A DNA stretch of 64,000 bases from an uncultured Actinomycetes bacterium (GTDB lineage: Bacteria > Actinomycetota > Thermoleophilia > Solirubrobacterales > 70-9). The translations under genes were made by a program, and so were the position numbers. Numbering within the stretch: the first letter of the stretch is position 1; every line of letters starts with the position of its first letter. The notes under the pieces are model-generated. The model made no database searches. It worked only from the letters and a program-made list of their open reading frames with translations, and was not told the origin of the DNA. The DNA lies in assembly GCA_963710955.1 (NCBI GenBank), contig CAVQCK010000001.1, positions 204,920 to 268,919 on the forward strand, in the 5' to 3' direction. Shown here piece after piece: positions 36,528-46,030 of this stretch.

Positions 36528-37127
36528 GTGAGGAGCCAGGGCGGGCGTGTATTCGGCGGCAGGGGAGGCCATCTGGGTTTCCTCGCCGTGCTGCTGTTGG
36601 CACTCGGCCTCGTCGGGGCGGTCCCCGCGACGGCAGACACCCCTCGTCTCTCGTACGCCCAGGCCCCGGAGTGGATCGCTCCGCAGACGCTTGGGCATTA
36701 CGGAACCGATCCGTCGAGCCCCGGTCCGGGGCTCACGGTCGACGTCCCGAACGCCGGAGGAGGGAAGGGCTGGATCGAGGTCTGGGCCCAGGTGAAGGCC
36801 AACGACGCGCAGACGGCGATCGGGCTCTTCGACGTGACCGGTGGGGCGCGCACGTTCGTTCCTGGCCAGGACGAGTTCTGCGCCCAAATGGCAACGCCAC
36901 CGCTGCGTGGCGACCTGTTCATGACATTGGACGGCGACGCCGGCACCTACGGCACGCCCCTGCAGACCCTCAGTTGCTCGGGGACCACAGGGCCGCCCGG
37001 GCCGGTGCTGCTGCACGTGACGGCCGGCGAGCGCAGGTTCCGCCTCGAGTACGCCGACTGCGGCTGCGGCGGCTCACCCGCGGTGTCCCACCGCAAGCTC
37101 TGGATTCGTCCGGCGCCGACCCGGTAG
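36528..37127 (+). CDS. Secreted hypothetical protein
   Basis: GTG start, then signal peptide HLGFLAVLLLALGLVGAVPATA. Good GC3. Confidence 0.5.
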   Translation: MRSQGGRVFGGRGGHLGFLAVLLLALGLVGAVPATADTPRLSYAQAPEWIAPQTLGHYGTDPSSPGPGLTVDVPNAGGGKGWIEVWAQVKANDAQTAIGLFDVTGGARTFVPGQDEFCAQMATPPLRGDLFMTLDGDAGTYGTPLQTLSCSGTTGPPGPVLLHVTAGERRFRLEYADCGCGGSPAVSHRKLWIRPAPTR

Positions 37128-37136
37128 AGGCGGAAG

Positions 37137-38705
37137 CTAGAGCCCGAGGCGGTTGCGGATGCCGCGCGCGTTCATGAAGCGGTTGACGCGGTTGACCATC
37201 CCGCGGCGCACCGACGTGTAGGGGAACCACAGCGGGTCGCGCTTGCCCTGCTTGACCCGCGGGATCACGAGCGATTCGGGGTGGACGAACTTCTTGATCC
37301 CGTACGAGGAGTGGCGGAAGCCGATGCCCGAGTCCTTCCAGCCGCCCATGGGGACGCCCATCGCGAAGTAGGTCGTGAGCACGTCGTTGACGTTCACGGC
37401 TCCCGCCTCGATCCGCCGCGCGACCGCCTCGCCCTCGCTCACGTCGCCGGCGAAGACCGACGCGGAGAGCCCGTAGCGGCTGTCGTTCGCCTTCTCGACG
37501 GCCTCGTCGGCGTCGCTCACCTTCATCACCGGGATCACCGGCCCGAAGGTCTCGTCGGTCATCACCTTCATCGAGTGGTCCACATCGGCGATCACGGTGG
37601 GCTCGTACCAGTCGCCCGGCCCGTCCTTGCGCTTGCCGCCCGTGAGCACACGGGCGCCCTTCTCGCGCGCGTCGTCGACGTGGTCCTCCACGATCTTCGT
37701 CTGCGCTGGGGTGCTCATTGCGCCGATGTCCGCCTTGTAGGAGCGGTCATCGCGGCCCTGGCGCAACTTCCGCACCTGCTCGGTGAGCCTGCTGACGAAC
37801 TCGTCGTAGATCGGCTCCTCGACATAGACGCGCTCGATCGACATGCAGATCTGGCCGGAGTTGGCGAGCGCGCCGGTCGCCGTCGCGTTGACCGCCCGCT
37901 CGATGTCCGCGTCACGCAGCACGATCAGCGGGTCCTTGCCGCCAAGCTCGAGGCTCACCGGGGTGAGCGTGTCGGCCGCCCGCTTCATCACGACCTTGCC
38001 GGTGCGGTCCGACCCCGTGAACTGGACGTAGTCGGCCTCGTCCACCAGGGCGCCGCCCGTCTCGCCGATGCCGTTGACGACGTCGAGGACGTCGGGGCCG
38101 CCGATCTCCTCCTTCCACGCGCGGGCGATCTCCATGACCGACAGCGGCGTGAACTCGGACGGCTTGATCACCACAGCGTTGCCGGCAAGGAGGGCGGGGA
38201 TCGCATCGTCGTACGCGAGGATCACGGGGAAGTTCCAGGGGCTGATGATGCCCACCACGCCGAAGGGGCGATAGACGATCCGCAGCCGCTTCACCTTCAG
38301 CGGCAGGATGTGCGGGGTGGGGGACTCCTCGGCGAGGAACTCGGCCGCGTTCTCGCAGTAGTAGTTGATCGTCTGGCAGATGAACGGGCCCTCCTGCTCG
38401 GCCTCGGCGCGGACCTTGCCGGTCTCCTCCTGCATGACGTCCGCGAGATGGGACTCGTTGGCGATCAGCCAGTCGCGAAGGCGCTCGAGCCAGCGACGGC
38501 GTCCGGCGACTCCGATCGCCTCCCACTCCGGCTGCGCGGCGCGGACGCGGGCGAAGACCTCGGCAACGCGCTCGGGCGAGTCGACGGGAACCTGGCGGAC
38601 GACGGAGCCGTCGGCCGGGTTGTGCACGTCGATGACCGAGTCACCGGCGGAGGGTCCGTTGCCGGAAGCCGGCGGGGCGCTGGGGGTCGCTGTGGCGCGC
38701 TCCAT
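37137..38705 (-). CDS. NAD(P)-dependent aldehyde dehydrogenase
   Basis: 522 aa, ALDH-like (FTGSDRTGK, ELGGKDP, GQICMSIER). Confidence 0.9.
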   Translation of the reverse strand: MERATATPSAPPASGNGPSAGDSVIDVHNPADGSVVRQVPVDSPERVAEVFARVRAAQPEWEAIGVAGRRRWLERLRDWLIANESHLADVMQEETGKVRAEAEQEGPFICQTINYYCENAAEFLAEESPTPHILPLKVKRLRIVYRPFGVVGIISPWNFPVILAYDDAIPALLAGNAVVIKPSEFTPLSVMEIARAWKEEIGGPDVLDVVNGIGETGGALVDEADYVQFTGSDRTGKVVMKRAADTLTPVSLELGGKDPLIVLRDADIERAVNATATGALANSGQICMSIERVYVEEPIYDEFVSRLTEQVRKLRQGRDDRSYKADIGAMSTPAQTKIVEDHVDDAREKGARVLTGGKRKDGPGDWYEPTVIADVDHSMKVMTDETFGPVIPVMKVSDADEAVEKANDSRYGLSASVFAGDVSEGEAVARRIEAGAVNVNDVLTTYFAMGVPMGGWKDSGIGFRHSSYGIKKFVHPESLVIPRVKQGKRDPLWFPYTSVRRGMVNRVNRFMNARGIRNRLGL

Positions 38706-38732
38706 GCCCGTGGGACTCTACCGCCCGGGTCG

Positions 38733-39936
38733 TTACCGGCGAATCAGCCGGTAGACCGGGCCGTCGAGGGAGGTCACGTACACGTGGTGGTGCGCGCCGA
38801 CGCTGAACGAGCTCGGGTTGTCGATGTGGAGGCCGATCGCGTGGTCGTGCCGCGCGCGGGGGTGGTGGGGGGCCAGGCTGCGGACCTCGCCCTTGTAGAA
38901 GTCGGAGTAGATGTAGCGGCCACGCAGCGCTCCCAGCGTGTGATCCCGGACCACCACGCCGCCGGTGATGGCGCAGGCGCCGCCGCCGCAGTTCGGCTTG
39001 TTGTGCGCGTACTCGAGGATCGGGGGCCGGTACCGGTGCTTGGGCCGCGGGGCCTCGTTGTCGCCGGGGAAGTGAAGCCGGTGTCGTCCCTCGAAGTGGT
39101 CCCACCCGAAGTTGGAGCCGCGAAGGGCCTTGCGCCCCTCGAAGTCGACCTCCTCCCAGCTGTCCTGGCCGGTCCTGGCCGACGTCGCCGATCAGGATGC
39201 GTCCCGCGTCGAAGGAGAAGCGGAACGGGTTCCGCAGGCCGAGGGCGTAGATCTCGTCGCGGCCGGGCTTGCCGACGAACGGGTTGCTCTTCGGGACGCT
39301 GTACGGCCTCTTGCCGTGGGCGTGGGGCTCGATCCGCAGCAGCTTGCCGAGCAGGACGTGGCGGTTCTGCGCGTTCTCGTGCGGGTCGCCGCCGAAGCCG
39401 CCGTCCCCCGTCGCCAGATAGAGGTCGCCCCCTGGGCCGAACGCGAGCGTGCCGCCGTTGTGGTTGGAGAAGCTCGGGTGCGGGATCACGATCACCCGGT
39501 GGCGGGACGCACCCTGGGCCCTGGAGTTGGATTTCGCGTGGAAGCGATCCACCTCGAGGTTCCCGTCGGAGTTCGTGTAGTAGACGTAGAAGAGTTTGCT
39601 GCGCGCGTAATGCGGGTCGAACGCCATCGACAGCAGGCCGCGCTCACCGTCGGTGGTGACCCGGCCGTGGATGTCGAGGAACGATCCCTTCATCCGGTGG
39701 CCGTTCTTCATCACCTCGATCCGGCCCGAACGCTCGACCACGTAGAGGAAGTTCGCCGCGCCGGGCGCATGGGTCAGATACATCGGCGCGTCGAAGGTGC
39801 CGATGCGGTGCTTGGCGATGCCGCCCCTGGCGTGGTGCCCCGGTCCGTGGCCGCTCGCCGTCCCCGTTGCCGCGCCCGCCAAGACGATGGCCGTGCCAGC
39901 CAGGAGGGCGGCGGTCGCACCGGCGACCGCCCGCAT
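38733..39936 (-). pseudogene. PQQ-type glucose/sorbosone dehydrogenase (GSDH) paralog 1, frameshifted by a 10-bp tandem duplication
   Basis: The N-terminal 250 aa match paralogs 2 and 3 up to GDVGQD. After the duplication at 39162-39181, the homologous sequence SWEEVDFEGRK...GPVYRLIRR continues in another frame to the stop at 38733. Confidence 0.85.
39162..39181. repeat. Perfect tandem duplication of the 10-mer GTCCTGGCCG (plus strand)
   Basis: Read directly: gtcctggccg gtcctggccg. Deleting one copy restores the frame (VGQDSWEEVDF). Confidence 0.9.
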
Positions 39937-41120
39937 CAGTGCTGGACTATCTGGTAGACGTGGCCGTCGCCGAGCGAGGCGACGTAGAGCTGGCCGCCAC
40001 CGCCCACCCCGAATGCGCTTGGACCGGAGACGCTGAGGCCCGTGCTGCGATCGCCGGTGGCTGGCGTCTGCGGGATGAGACTTCGAATCGTGCCGTTGCA
40101 GTTGTCGCTGTACACGTAGCGGCCGTTCAGCAGGCTGAGGTCCGGGTTGTGCACGACGTAGCCGCCGATGATCGCGCAGAAGCCGTCGGAGCCGTGGTTC
40201 TTCACCTCGATGGGGAAGATCGGTGGCCGGTGGCCGGGGTTGGGATCCGGACGGCTGGAGTCGTGGACCTGACGGCCCTCCCAGGTGGGCCAGCCGAAGT
40301 AGGAGCCCTTGGCGCGCGCTCGCGTCACGTAGTCGACCTCCTCCCAGGCGCTTTGGCCGACGTCGCCGATCGCCAGATCGCCGTTGGCGGAGTCGAACGA
40401 GAATCGCCAGGGATTCCGGAGCCCGTACGAGAAGATCTCGTCGCGCCCGGGCTTGCCTACGTAGGGGTTGTCCGGGGGGATCGCGTACGGCGAGCTTCCG
40501 TGCTTGTGGGGGTCGATTCGCAGGAGCTTGCCGTTCAGGACGTTCAGGTGCCGCGCATTGTCGAATTGATCGTCCCCGCCTCCACCGTCTCCGGTGGAGA
40601 TGTAGAGGTCACCGTCCGGTCCGAACTGGAGTTGCCCCCCGTTGTGGTTGCCCGCGTCCGGATGCGGGACGACGATCACCTGCCGCCGCGAGTACTTGTT
40701 CGCCTGGGTGTTCGAGCCCGCGTGGAACTCGTCCACCTCCAGGGCTCCGTCTCCTCTCGTGTAGGCCGCGTAGAACAGGTGGTTCGACCGGTACCTGGGA
40801 TCGAAGGCCATCGAGAGCAGGCCCTGTTCGCCGCCCGACAGGACACGGTTTTGGATGTTGAGAAACGGCTGGGACTTCACCGTGCCGTGATCGATGACAC
40901 CAATGGTGCCGCCCTGCTCGACCACGTACAGGAACCCGCCCGCGCCGGGCGCGACAGTCACGTAGATGGGCGAGTCGAACGTCCCCATCGAACGCAGGGC
41001 GAGCGTGGGGCTGCCGCCGGACGCTGTGGCTCCGAGCATCGCCAGACCGGCCGCCGCAGCGGCGACTGCGCCACCCGCCACGAGTGACCACCGTCGCCGA
41101 TGACCGCTCACTCCCGCCAT
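39936..41120 (-). CDS. PQQ-type glucose/sorbosone dehydrogenase (GSDH) paralog 2, secreted
   Basis: 394 aa with signal peptide (RRRWSL...AMLGATASG). GLLSMAFDP, HNGG, LRNPWRFSFD. The stop overlaps the paralog 1 start (TGATG). Confidence 0.85.
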   Translation of the reverse strand: MAGVSGHRRRWSLVAGGAVAAAAAGLAMLGATASGGSPTLALRSMGTFDSPIYVTVAPGAGGFLYVVEQGGTIGVIDHGTVKSQPFLNIQNRVLSGGEQGLLSMAFDPRYRSNHLFYAAYTRGDGALEVDEFHAGSNTQANKYSRRQVIVVPHPDAGNHNGGQLQFGPDGDLYISTGDGGGGDDQFDNARHLNVLNGKLLRIDPHKHGSSPYAIPPDNPYVGKPGRDEIFSYGLRNPWRFSFDSANGDLAIGDVGQSAWEEVDYVTRARAKGSYFGWPTWEGRQVHDSSRPDPNPGHRPPIFPIEVKNHGSDGFCAIIGGYVVHNPDLSLLNGRYVYSDNCNGTIRSLIPQTPATGDRSTGLSVSGPSAFGVGGGGQLYVASLGDGHVYQIVQH

Positions 41121-41173
41121 TCCAACTCAGGGTACTGACGGGCTCGCGTCAGGGTTCAGGTTGGGGCGGCTTG

Positions 41174-42232
41174 TCAGGGGGCCGGGTCGAGGCGATAGAC
41201 CGGGCCGTCGAGCGAGGTGGCATAGATGCGGCCGGCGTCGTCCTCGCCGAACGAGGTCAGGGACGGGACGTCCAGGCCGAGGGGGCGGTCGTCCGTCGCC
41301 CGCTTCCCCGGCACCGCCGGGAAGCTCCGGAGCCGGCCGGTGCAGAAGTCGCCGTAGAGGTAGCGGCCGTAGAGCGACTCGAGTGACGCGTCGCGCACGA
41401 CGTACCCCCCCGTGACGGAGCAGCCCCGGTCGTGGCTGTAGGCGAGCACCGGCGGCACCGCGTTCGGCGCCGACTGGTCGGCGTTGAAGCGCGCGAACCC
41501 CTCAAGCGCCGACCAGCCGAAGTTCGCGCCGCTGCCCTGGCCGCGGCCCACCAGGTCGATCTCCTCGAATCGGCTCTGGCCGACGTCGCCGATCGCCAGG
41601 TCGCCGTTCAGGCGGTCGAATGAGAACCGCCACGGGTTCCTGAGGCCGTAGGAGTAGATCTCGGGGCGGGCGCCCGGCTGGTTCGTGAACGGGTTCGAGG
41701 CGGGGATCGAGTACGGCTTCCCGCCACGGGCTCGCGGGTCGATGCGCAGGATCTTGCCCAGCAGCGTCCCAAGGTCTTGACCGTTGCGATCGGGGTCGCC
41801 CTCGGATCCGCCATCGCCGAGGCCGATGTAGAGCAGCCCGTCGGGGCCGAACGTGAGCAGGCCCCCGTTGTGGTTGGGGAAGGGCTGCCGGACCCGCAGG
41901 ACCACACGGCCGCTCGACGAATCGACGGTGAGCGGGTCCTTGCTCGACCTGCGGTACTCGACTACCTGCGTGTCGCCTGCGTGGTCCGTGTAGTCGGCGT
42001 AGACGAGTCCGGATCGCTCGTAGTCGGGGGCGAAGGCGATCGACAGCAGGCCCTGCTCGCCGCAGCACGACACCTGGTCATGCAGATCGAGGAACGGGGT
42101 GGAGCTGGTGCCCTCGGGGGTGATGACCTCGACCCGGCCGGTCTGCTCGACCACGAACAGGTCGCTGCGGTTGCCCGGCGCCTGCGTCACGTAGAGCGGC
42201 TGGTCGAAGTCGCCGAGCTTCTGCAGGCGCAC
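41174..42232 (-). CDS. PQQ-type glucose/sorbosone dehydrogenase (GSDH) paralog 3. Coordinates follow the first canonical start; the true N-terminus is probably upstream.
   Basis: Same motifs as paralogs 1 and 2. The in-frame upstream sequence encodes a lipoprotein signal peptide (see findings). Confidence 0.8.
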   Translation of the reverse strand: MRLQKLGDFDQPLYVTQAPGNRSDLFVVEQTGRVEVITPEGTSSTPFLDLHDQVSCCGEQGLLSIAFAPDYERSGLVYADYTDHAGDTQVVEYRRSSKDPLTVDSSSGRVVLRVRQPFPNHNGGLLTFGPDGLLYIGLGDGGSEGDPDRNGQDLGTLLGKILRIDPRARGGKPYSIPASNPFTNQPGARPEIYSYGLRNPWRFSFDRLNGDLAIGDVGQSRFEEIDLVGRGQGSGANFGWSALEGFARFNADQSAPNAVPPVLAYSHDRGCSVTGGYVVRDASLESLYGRYLYGDFCTGRLRSFPAVPGKRATDDRPLGLDVPSLTSFGEDDAGRIYATSLDGPVYRLDPAP

Positions 42233-42385
42233 CCCGCCCTCGCCGTCGCCGACGGGCGGCTTGCCGGAATGGGTCTGCGTGACGGGCGGCGGGGGCGGCG
42301 GCGTCGTTCCGGTGGTGGAGGAGGATCCGCCGCCGCACCCAGCAAGCGCGACGGTTGCGGCCAGCAGGGCGGCCGCAAGCTTCAG

Positions 42386-42415
42386 ACGGCTGTCACTCCC
42401 ACGGCGGTCACTCCC
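42386..42415. repeat. 15-bp tandem direct repeat (14 of 15 identical): ACGGCTGTCACTCCC / ACGGCGGTCACTCCC
   Basis: Read directly. It spans the stop codon of the upstream lipoprotein gene and the putative Shine-Dalgarno of GSDH paralog 3. Confidence 0.85.
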
Positions 42416-43091
42416 CAGGCCTGCAATTGACGACCTTGCCGCTGCCGGTCACGCAGCTGTTCGGGGGCTTGTCCGAGATCGTGGAAACGAACTCGCCCTT
42501 CACCGGGCTGCCGTCGGGCGTCACCGCCTTCGCCTTGCCGGTCAGGCCCGCCGCCACCTGGTAGTGGACCGTGTAGGTCCCGGCCCGGACGGGTGTGACG
42601 CGCCAGGCGATGTCCCTGCTGTCGCCCGAGGGAACCGAGCCGAACTGGAAGGTGTCGGTCTGCGCGGCCTCGGCGCCCGCCGTCGGTGCCTTCTCGATCT
42701 TGCTGAGCGGGAACTTGTCCGTTATGAGCTTCGGGTAATGCTGCTCGAGCACCCAGACCGGGCGGAAGTGGCTCGCCAGGTTCGGCTCGTCGACGCGGAT
42801 GTTGAAGGAGCCCTGCCCCGAGCCGGTCGAGGTCGCCGGCGACTTCAGGTTCGGGGTCCCCTTGGCGACGGTGTTGATCGTCACGGCGAGGTCGGGAATC
42901 GCCTGGCTGCCCGCGTTCTTGATGGCGAGCACGAGGTAGCTCGACTCGGCGAGCTTCTGGTGGTTGGGGAACTTCGCCGTGGTGACCTGTACCGGGAAGT
43001 TTCCGGTGGGCTCGGTTGCACCCTGGCTCTGGCCGCCGCCGCAGCCCGCGACGCCGAGACCGGCCCCGAGGGCGAGCAGGGCGAACCCCAT
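42408..43091 (-). CDS. Lipoprotein, function unknown
   Basis: The ATG at 43091 gives MGFALLALGAGLGVAGCGGG (lipobox). The longer track ORF is low-GC3 junk. Confidence 0.6.
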   Translation of the reverse strand: MGFALLALGAGLGVAGCGGGQSQGATEPTGNFPVQVTTAKFPNHQKLAESSYLVLAIKNAGSQAIPDLAVTINTVAKGTPNLKSPATSTGSGQGSFNIRVDEPNLASHFRPVWVLEQHYPKLITDKFPLSKIEKAPTAGAEAAQTDTFQFGSVPSGDSRDIAWRVTPVRAGTYTVHYQVAAGLTGKAKAVTPDGSPVKGEFVSTISDKPPNSCVTGSGKVVNCRPGE

Positions 43092-43314
43092 TGCGATCCT
43101 CGCGTCCGGACCCCGGAGTAGCCGCCTGCAGGCGTTTCTTGCGCTCTCCCCCAAGGCGCCGGGAACATACCACCTGCCAGGCGCTGGAAATGCCGCTTCC
43201 GTGGCGCGCAAAATCCTGGCCAACCGGCCAGAAATGGTTAAGGGTGGCGGCCGTGGTCTGCATGGATTACATTTCCTTGTTGGTCCGTTGAGCGCGCCCG
43301 GACACTGAGGAGAG

Positions 43315-44121
43315 ATGGTCCGATCCGTCGCAGACAGAGCGTTCCTGCCCGCAAAGAGCCTGTTCGAGCAGGTGGGGAACATGATGATCCTCACCGGCAA
43401 GACGATCACGGCGACGGTGCGCCCGCCCTACCCCTACGGCGGCGAGTTCATCAGCCAGTTCATCTTCGCCCTGCAGCTGTGCTGGTTTCCGATGCTGATC
43501 AGTACCGTCGCCTTCGGCTTCGGAGCCCCCGGCCTTCAGGCAGCCAACTTCCTCACCCTGTTCGGCGCCCTCGATCGCCTCGGCGGCTTCTTCATCCTCG
43601 CCTCGGTGCGTGAGTTCGCCCCCTTCGTGACCGCGGTCGTGGTCGCCGGGGTCGCCGGCACCGCGATCACCGCCGACCTCGGCGCCCGCAAGATCCGCGA
43701 GGAGCTCGACGCGCTCCAGGTCCTGGGTGTCGACCCGATCAAGAACCTGGTCGTACCCCGCTTCCTCAGCCTGATGCTGATCACCGGCCTGCTCGACATC
43801 TACGCCCTGCTGTTCGGGATCGCCGGCGGCATCTTCGCCGAGCTCGCCTACAACGCGCCGCTCGGCGGCTTCTTCGCCACCCTTTTGAACAACGCCTCGA
43901 CCACCGAGCTCTGGGGCTCGATCCTCAAGTGCACCCTGTTCGGGGCGATCATCGCGATCGTCTGCTCCTACAAGGGGATGAATGCGTCCGGAGGCGCCGC
44001 CGGGGTCGGCCGCGCCGTCAACGAGGCGGTGGTGATCGCCTTCTTAGGCGTCTTTGCCTTCAACTACGTCTTCACCCAGACCCTGCTCGCCACCCATCCC
44101 GAATTGAACGTGATCAAGTAA
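43315..44121 (+). CDS. MlaE/YrbE-family ABC transporter permease
   Basis: 268 aa, YrbE-like (REFAPFVTAVVVAGVAGTAITADLGARKIREELDAL). Confidence 0.85.
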   Translation: MVRSVADRAFLPAKSLFEQVGNMMILTGKTITATVRPPYPYGGEFISQFIFALQLCWFPMLISTVAFGFGAPGLQAANFLTLFGALDRLGGFFILASVREFAPFVTAVVVAGVAGTAITADLGARKIREELDALQVLGVDPIKNLVVPRFLSLMLITGLLDIYALLFGIAGGIFAELAYNAPLGGFFATLLNNASTTELWGSILKCTLFGAIIAIVCSYKGMNASGGAAGVGRAVNEAVVIAFLGVFAFNYVFTQTLLATHPELNVIK

Positions 44122-44918
44122 TGCCCGGCTGGCTCGCAGTACCGAGGGACTGGCTCGCCTCGCTCGGTGAGATCGCCCGCTTTTGCGGGCGCACGATGGG
44201 GCTCGTCTACTCGGGTCGGGTGCTGCAGTTCTTCGGCGAGGCCCTGCGCCAGGCCGGGATCCTGATCTTGGGCTCGACGATCGTCATCTGGGGCCTGGTC
44301 TTCATCCTCGGCCTCCAGTGCGGGATCGAGGGCGCCTACTTCAACCGCAGCGTCGGCGCCCCCGCCTACGCCGGCGTCTTTGCCGCCTGGTGCGACCTGC
44401 GCGAGGTGATCCCCTACGCCTTCGGCTACATGATGGCGGCCAAGGTCGGCACCGGGATCGTCGCCGAGCTCGGCGCGATGCGGATCTCCGATGAGATCGA
44501 CGCCCTCGAGGTGATGGGGGTGCCGCCGATGACCTTCTTGGCCGCCACGAGACTGCTGGGCGCCTGGATGACGCTTCCGTTCATGTACCTGGCGGCGATC
44601 GGGATCGGCTACTTCGCCTCCTGGCTTGCGGTCGTCAAGCAGATCGGCGACGTCTCCTCGGGCGGCTACTTCCTCATCTTCTGGATGTTCCAAAACCCGC
44701 CCGACCTGTTATTCAGCGTCATCAAGGCGATGGTGATGGCGACCGCGATCGTGCTCGTCGGCTGCTACTACGGCTACACCGCAGCGGGCGGCCCGGTCGG
44801 GGTCGGTACGGCGACCGCGAAGTCGATGGTGCTTAACATCGTCTTAGTCCACATCATCGGGATGATGGGAACCCTGGTGTTCTGGGGAGCGAATCCGCGG
44901 GCGCCAATCGGGGGATGA
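44121..44918 (+). CDS. MlaE/YrbE-family ABC transporter permease (second copy)
   Basis: TAATG overlap with the upstream stop. GTGIVAELGAMRISDEIDALEVMGV. Confidence 0.85.
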   Translation: MPGWLAVPRDWLASLGEIARFCGRTMGLVYSGRVLQFFGEALRQAGILILGSTIVIWGLVFILGLQCGIEGAYFNRSVGAPAYAGVFAAWCDLREVIPYAFGYMMAAKVGTGIVAELGAMRISDEIDALEVMGVPPMTFLAATRLLGAWMTLPFMYLAAIGIGYFASWLAVVKQIGDVSSGGYFLIFWMFQNPPDLLFSVIKAMVMATAIVLVGCYYGYTAAGGPVGVGTATAKSMVLNIVLVHIIGMMGTLVFWGANPRAPIGG

Positions 44919-44948
44919 GAGTGCCCAAACAGGAGGCGAACGGCTGCC

Positions 44949-45989
44949 ATGGCTGACGAGACGCGAGACACGCGAAGAGAGAACCAGGAGCAGGACGCCT
45001 ACTCGGAGGACGCTCCCCAGGACGTCGAGCACGCGCCCGAGGAGACCGAAGAGGCGCCGCGGGACGGTGACGCGCCGGCCTGGCAGTCCCAGGTGCCGGT
45101 CGACGCCGGCGAGGACTATGAGGAGCCCGCCCCCGAGCTGGGCACGCTGAACCGGGACTACACGATCCCCGGCGTCAACTCGGACGAGACGAACCCGTAC
45201 CGATGGCACACTGGGAGGAAGCGCGACCACGGCGGCGAGGACGCGATCGAGATCATCGACGTCGTCAAGCAGTTCGGACGCACGCGGATCCTGAACGGCC
45301 TCAACCTGGGCCTCCCCGACAACCAGATCTCGATGGTGCTCGGCCCGTCGGGGACCGGCAAGAGCGTGCTGATCAAGCACATCGTCGGCCTGCTGTACCC
45401 CGACGCCGGCGACGTCCTGGTGCATGGCGAGTCGGTGCCCAACATGACGGACGACGAGCTGTTCGCGATGCGCACGAAGTTCGGCCTCCTGTTCCAGGAC
45501 GGCGCGCTGTTCGGCTCGATGAACGTCTTCGACAACACCGCTTTCCCACTGCGCCAGCACACCGACAAGGGTGAGGACGAGATCGCCGAGATCTGCAACC
45601 GGCGCCTTCGCGAGGTGGGCCTCGCCGAGGCGATGGAGAAGATGCCCAACGAGCTGTCGGGCGGGATGCGCAAGCGGGCCGGCTTCGCTCGGGCCCTCGT
45701 CCTCGACCCCGCGATCGTCATGTTCGACGAGCCCGACTCCGGCCTGGATCCGGTGCGGACGGCGCTCCTGTGCGAGCTGATCCGCGAAATTCACGAGGAG
45801 AACGGTGGCTGCTACCTGGTGATCAGCCACGACCTCGGCACCGCGCGGCGGATCGCTGACTTCCTGGCCGTGCTTTGGAAGGGGCGGATCGTCGAGTCGG
45901 GTCCGTCGGACGAGCTGTTCGACTCCGACAACGAGTTCGTCGCACAGTTCCTCAACGCCGAAACTGAAGGCCCCCTCGCCATGGACTAG
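44949..45989 (+). CDS. MlaF/Mkl-type ABC transporter ATP-binding protein with an acidic ~90-aa N-terminal extension
   Basis: Walker A GPSGTGKS, signature LSGGMRKR, Walker B VMFDEPDSGLD. Confidence 0.9.
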   Translation: MADETRDTRRENQEQDAYSEDAPQDVEHAPEETEEAPRDGDAPAWQSQVPVDAGEDYEEPAPELGTLNRDYTIPGVNSDETNPYRWHTGRKRDHGGEDAIEIIDVVKQFGRTRILNGLNLGLPDNQISMVLGPSGTGKSVLIKHIVGLLYPDAGDVLVHGESVPNMTDDELFAMRTKFGLLFQDGALFGSMNVFDNTAFPLRQHTDKGEDEIAEICNRRLREVGLAEAMEKMPNELSGGMRKRAGFARALVLDPAIVMFDEPDSGLDPVRTALLCELIREIHEENGGCYLVISHDLGTARRIADFLAVLWKGRIVESGPSDELFDSDNEFVAQFLNAETEGPLAMD

Positions 45990-46030
45990 GCGGCGTGGCC
46001 ACCCGGCCGCGTCCGTAACCTAGGCTCGTC

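Noticed and set aside
37281-39659. 792-aa plus-strand ORF spanning the aldehyde dehydrogenase and GSDH paralog 1
   Set aside because: It is antisense to two genes with clear family motifs and shows a low-complexity Arg/Gly/Val composition.
41137-41154. Hairpin CTGACG-ggctcg-CGTCAG between GSDH paralogs 3 and 2
   Set aside because: It is a short 6-bp stem with no U-tract. It could be a weak terminator or chance, and it is not strong enough to list as a feature.
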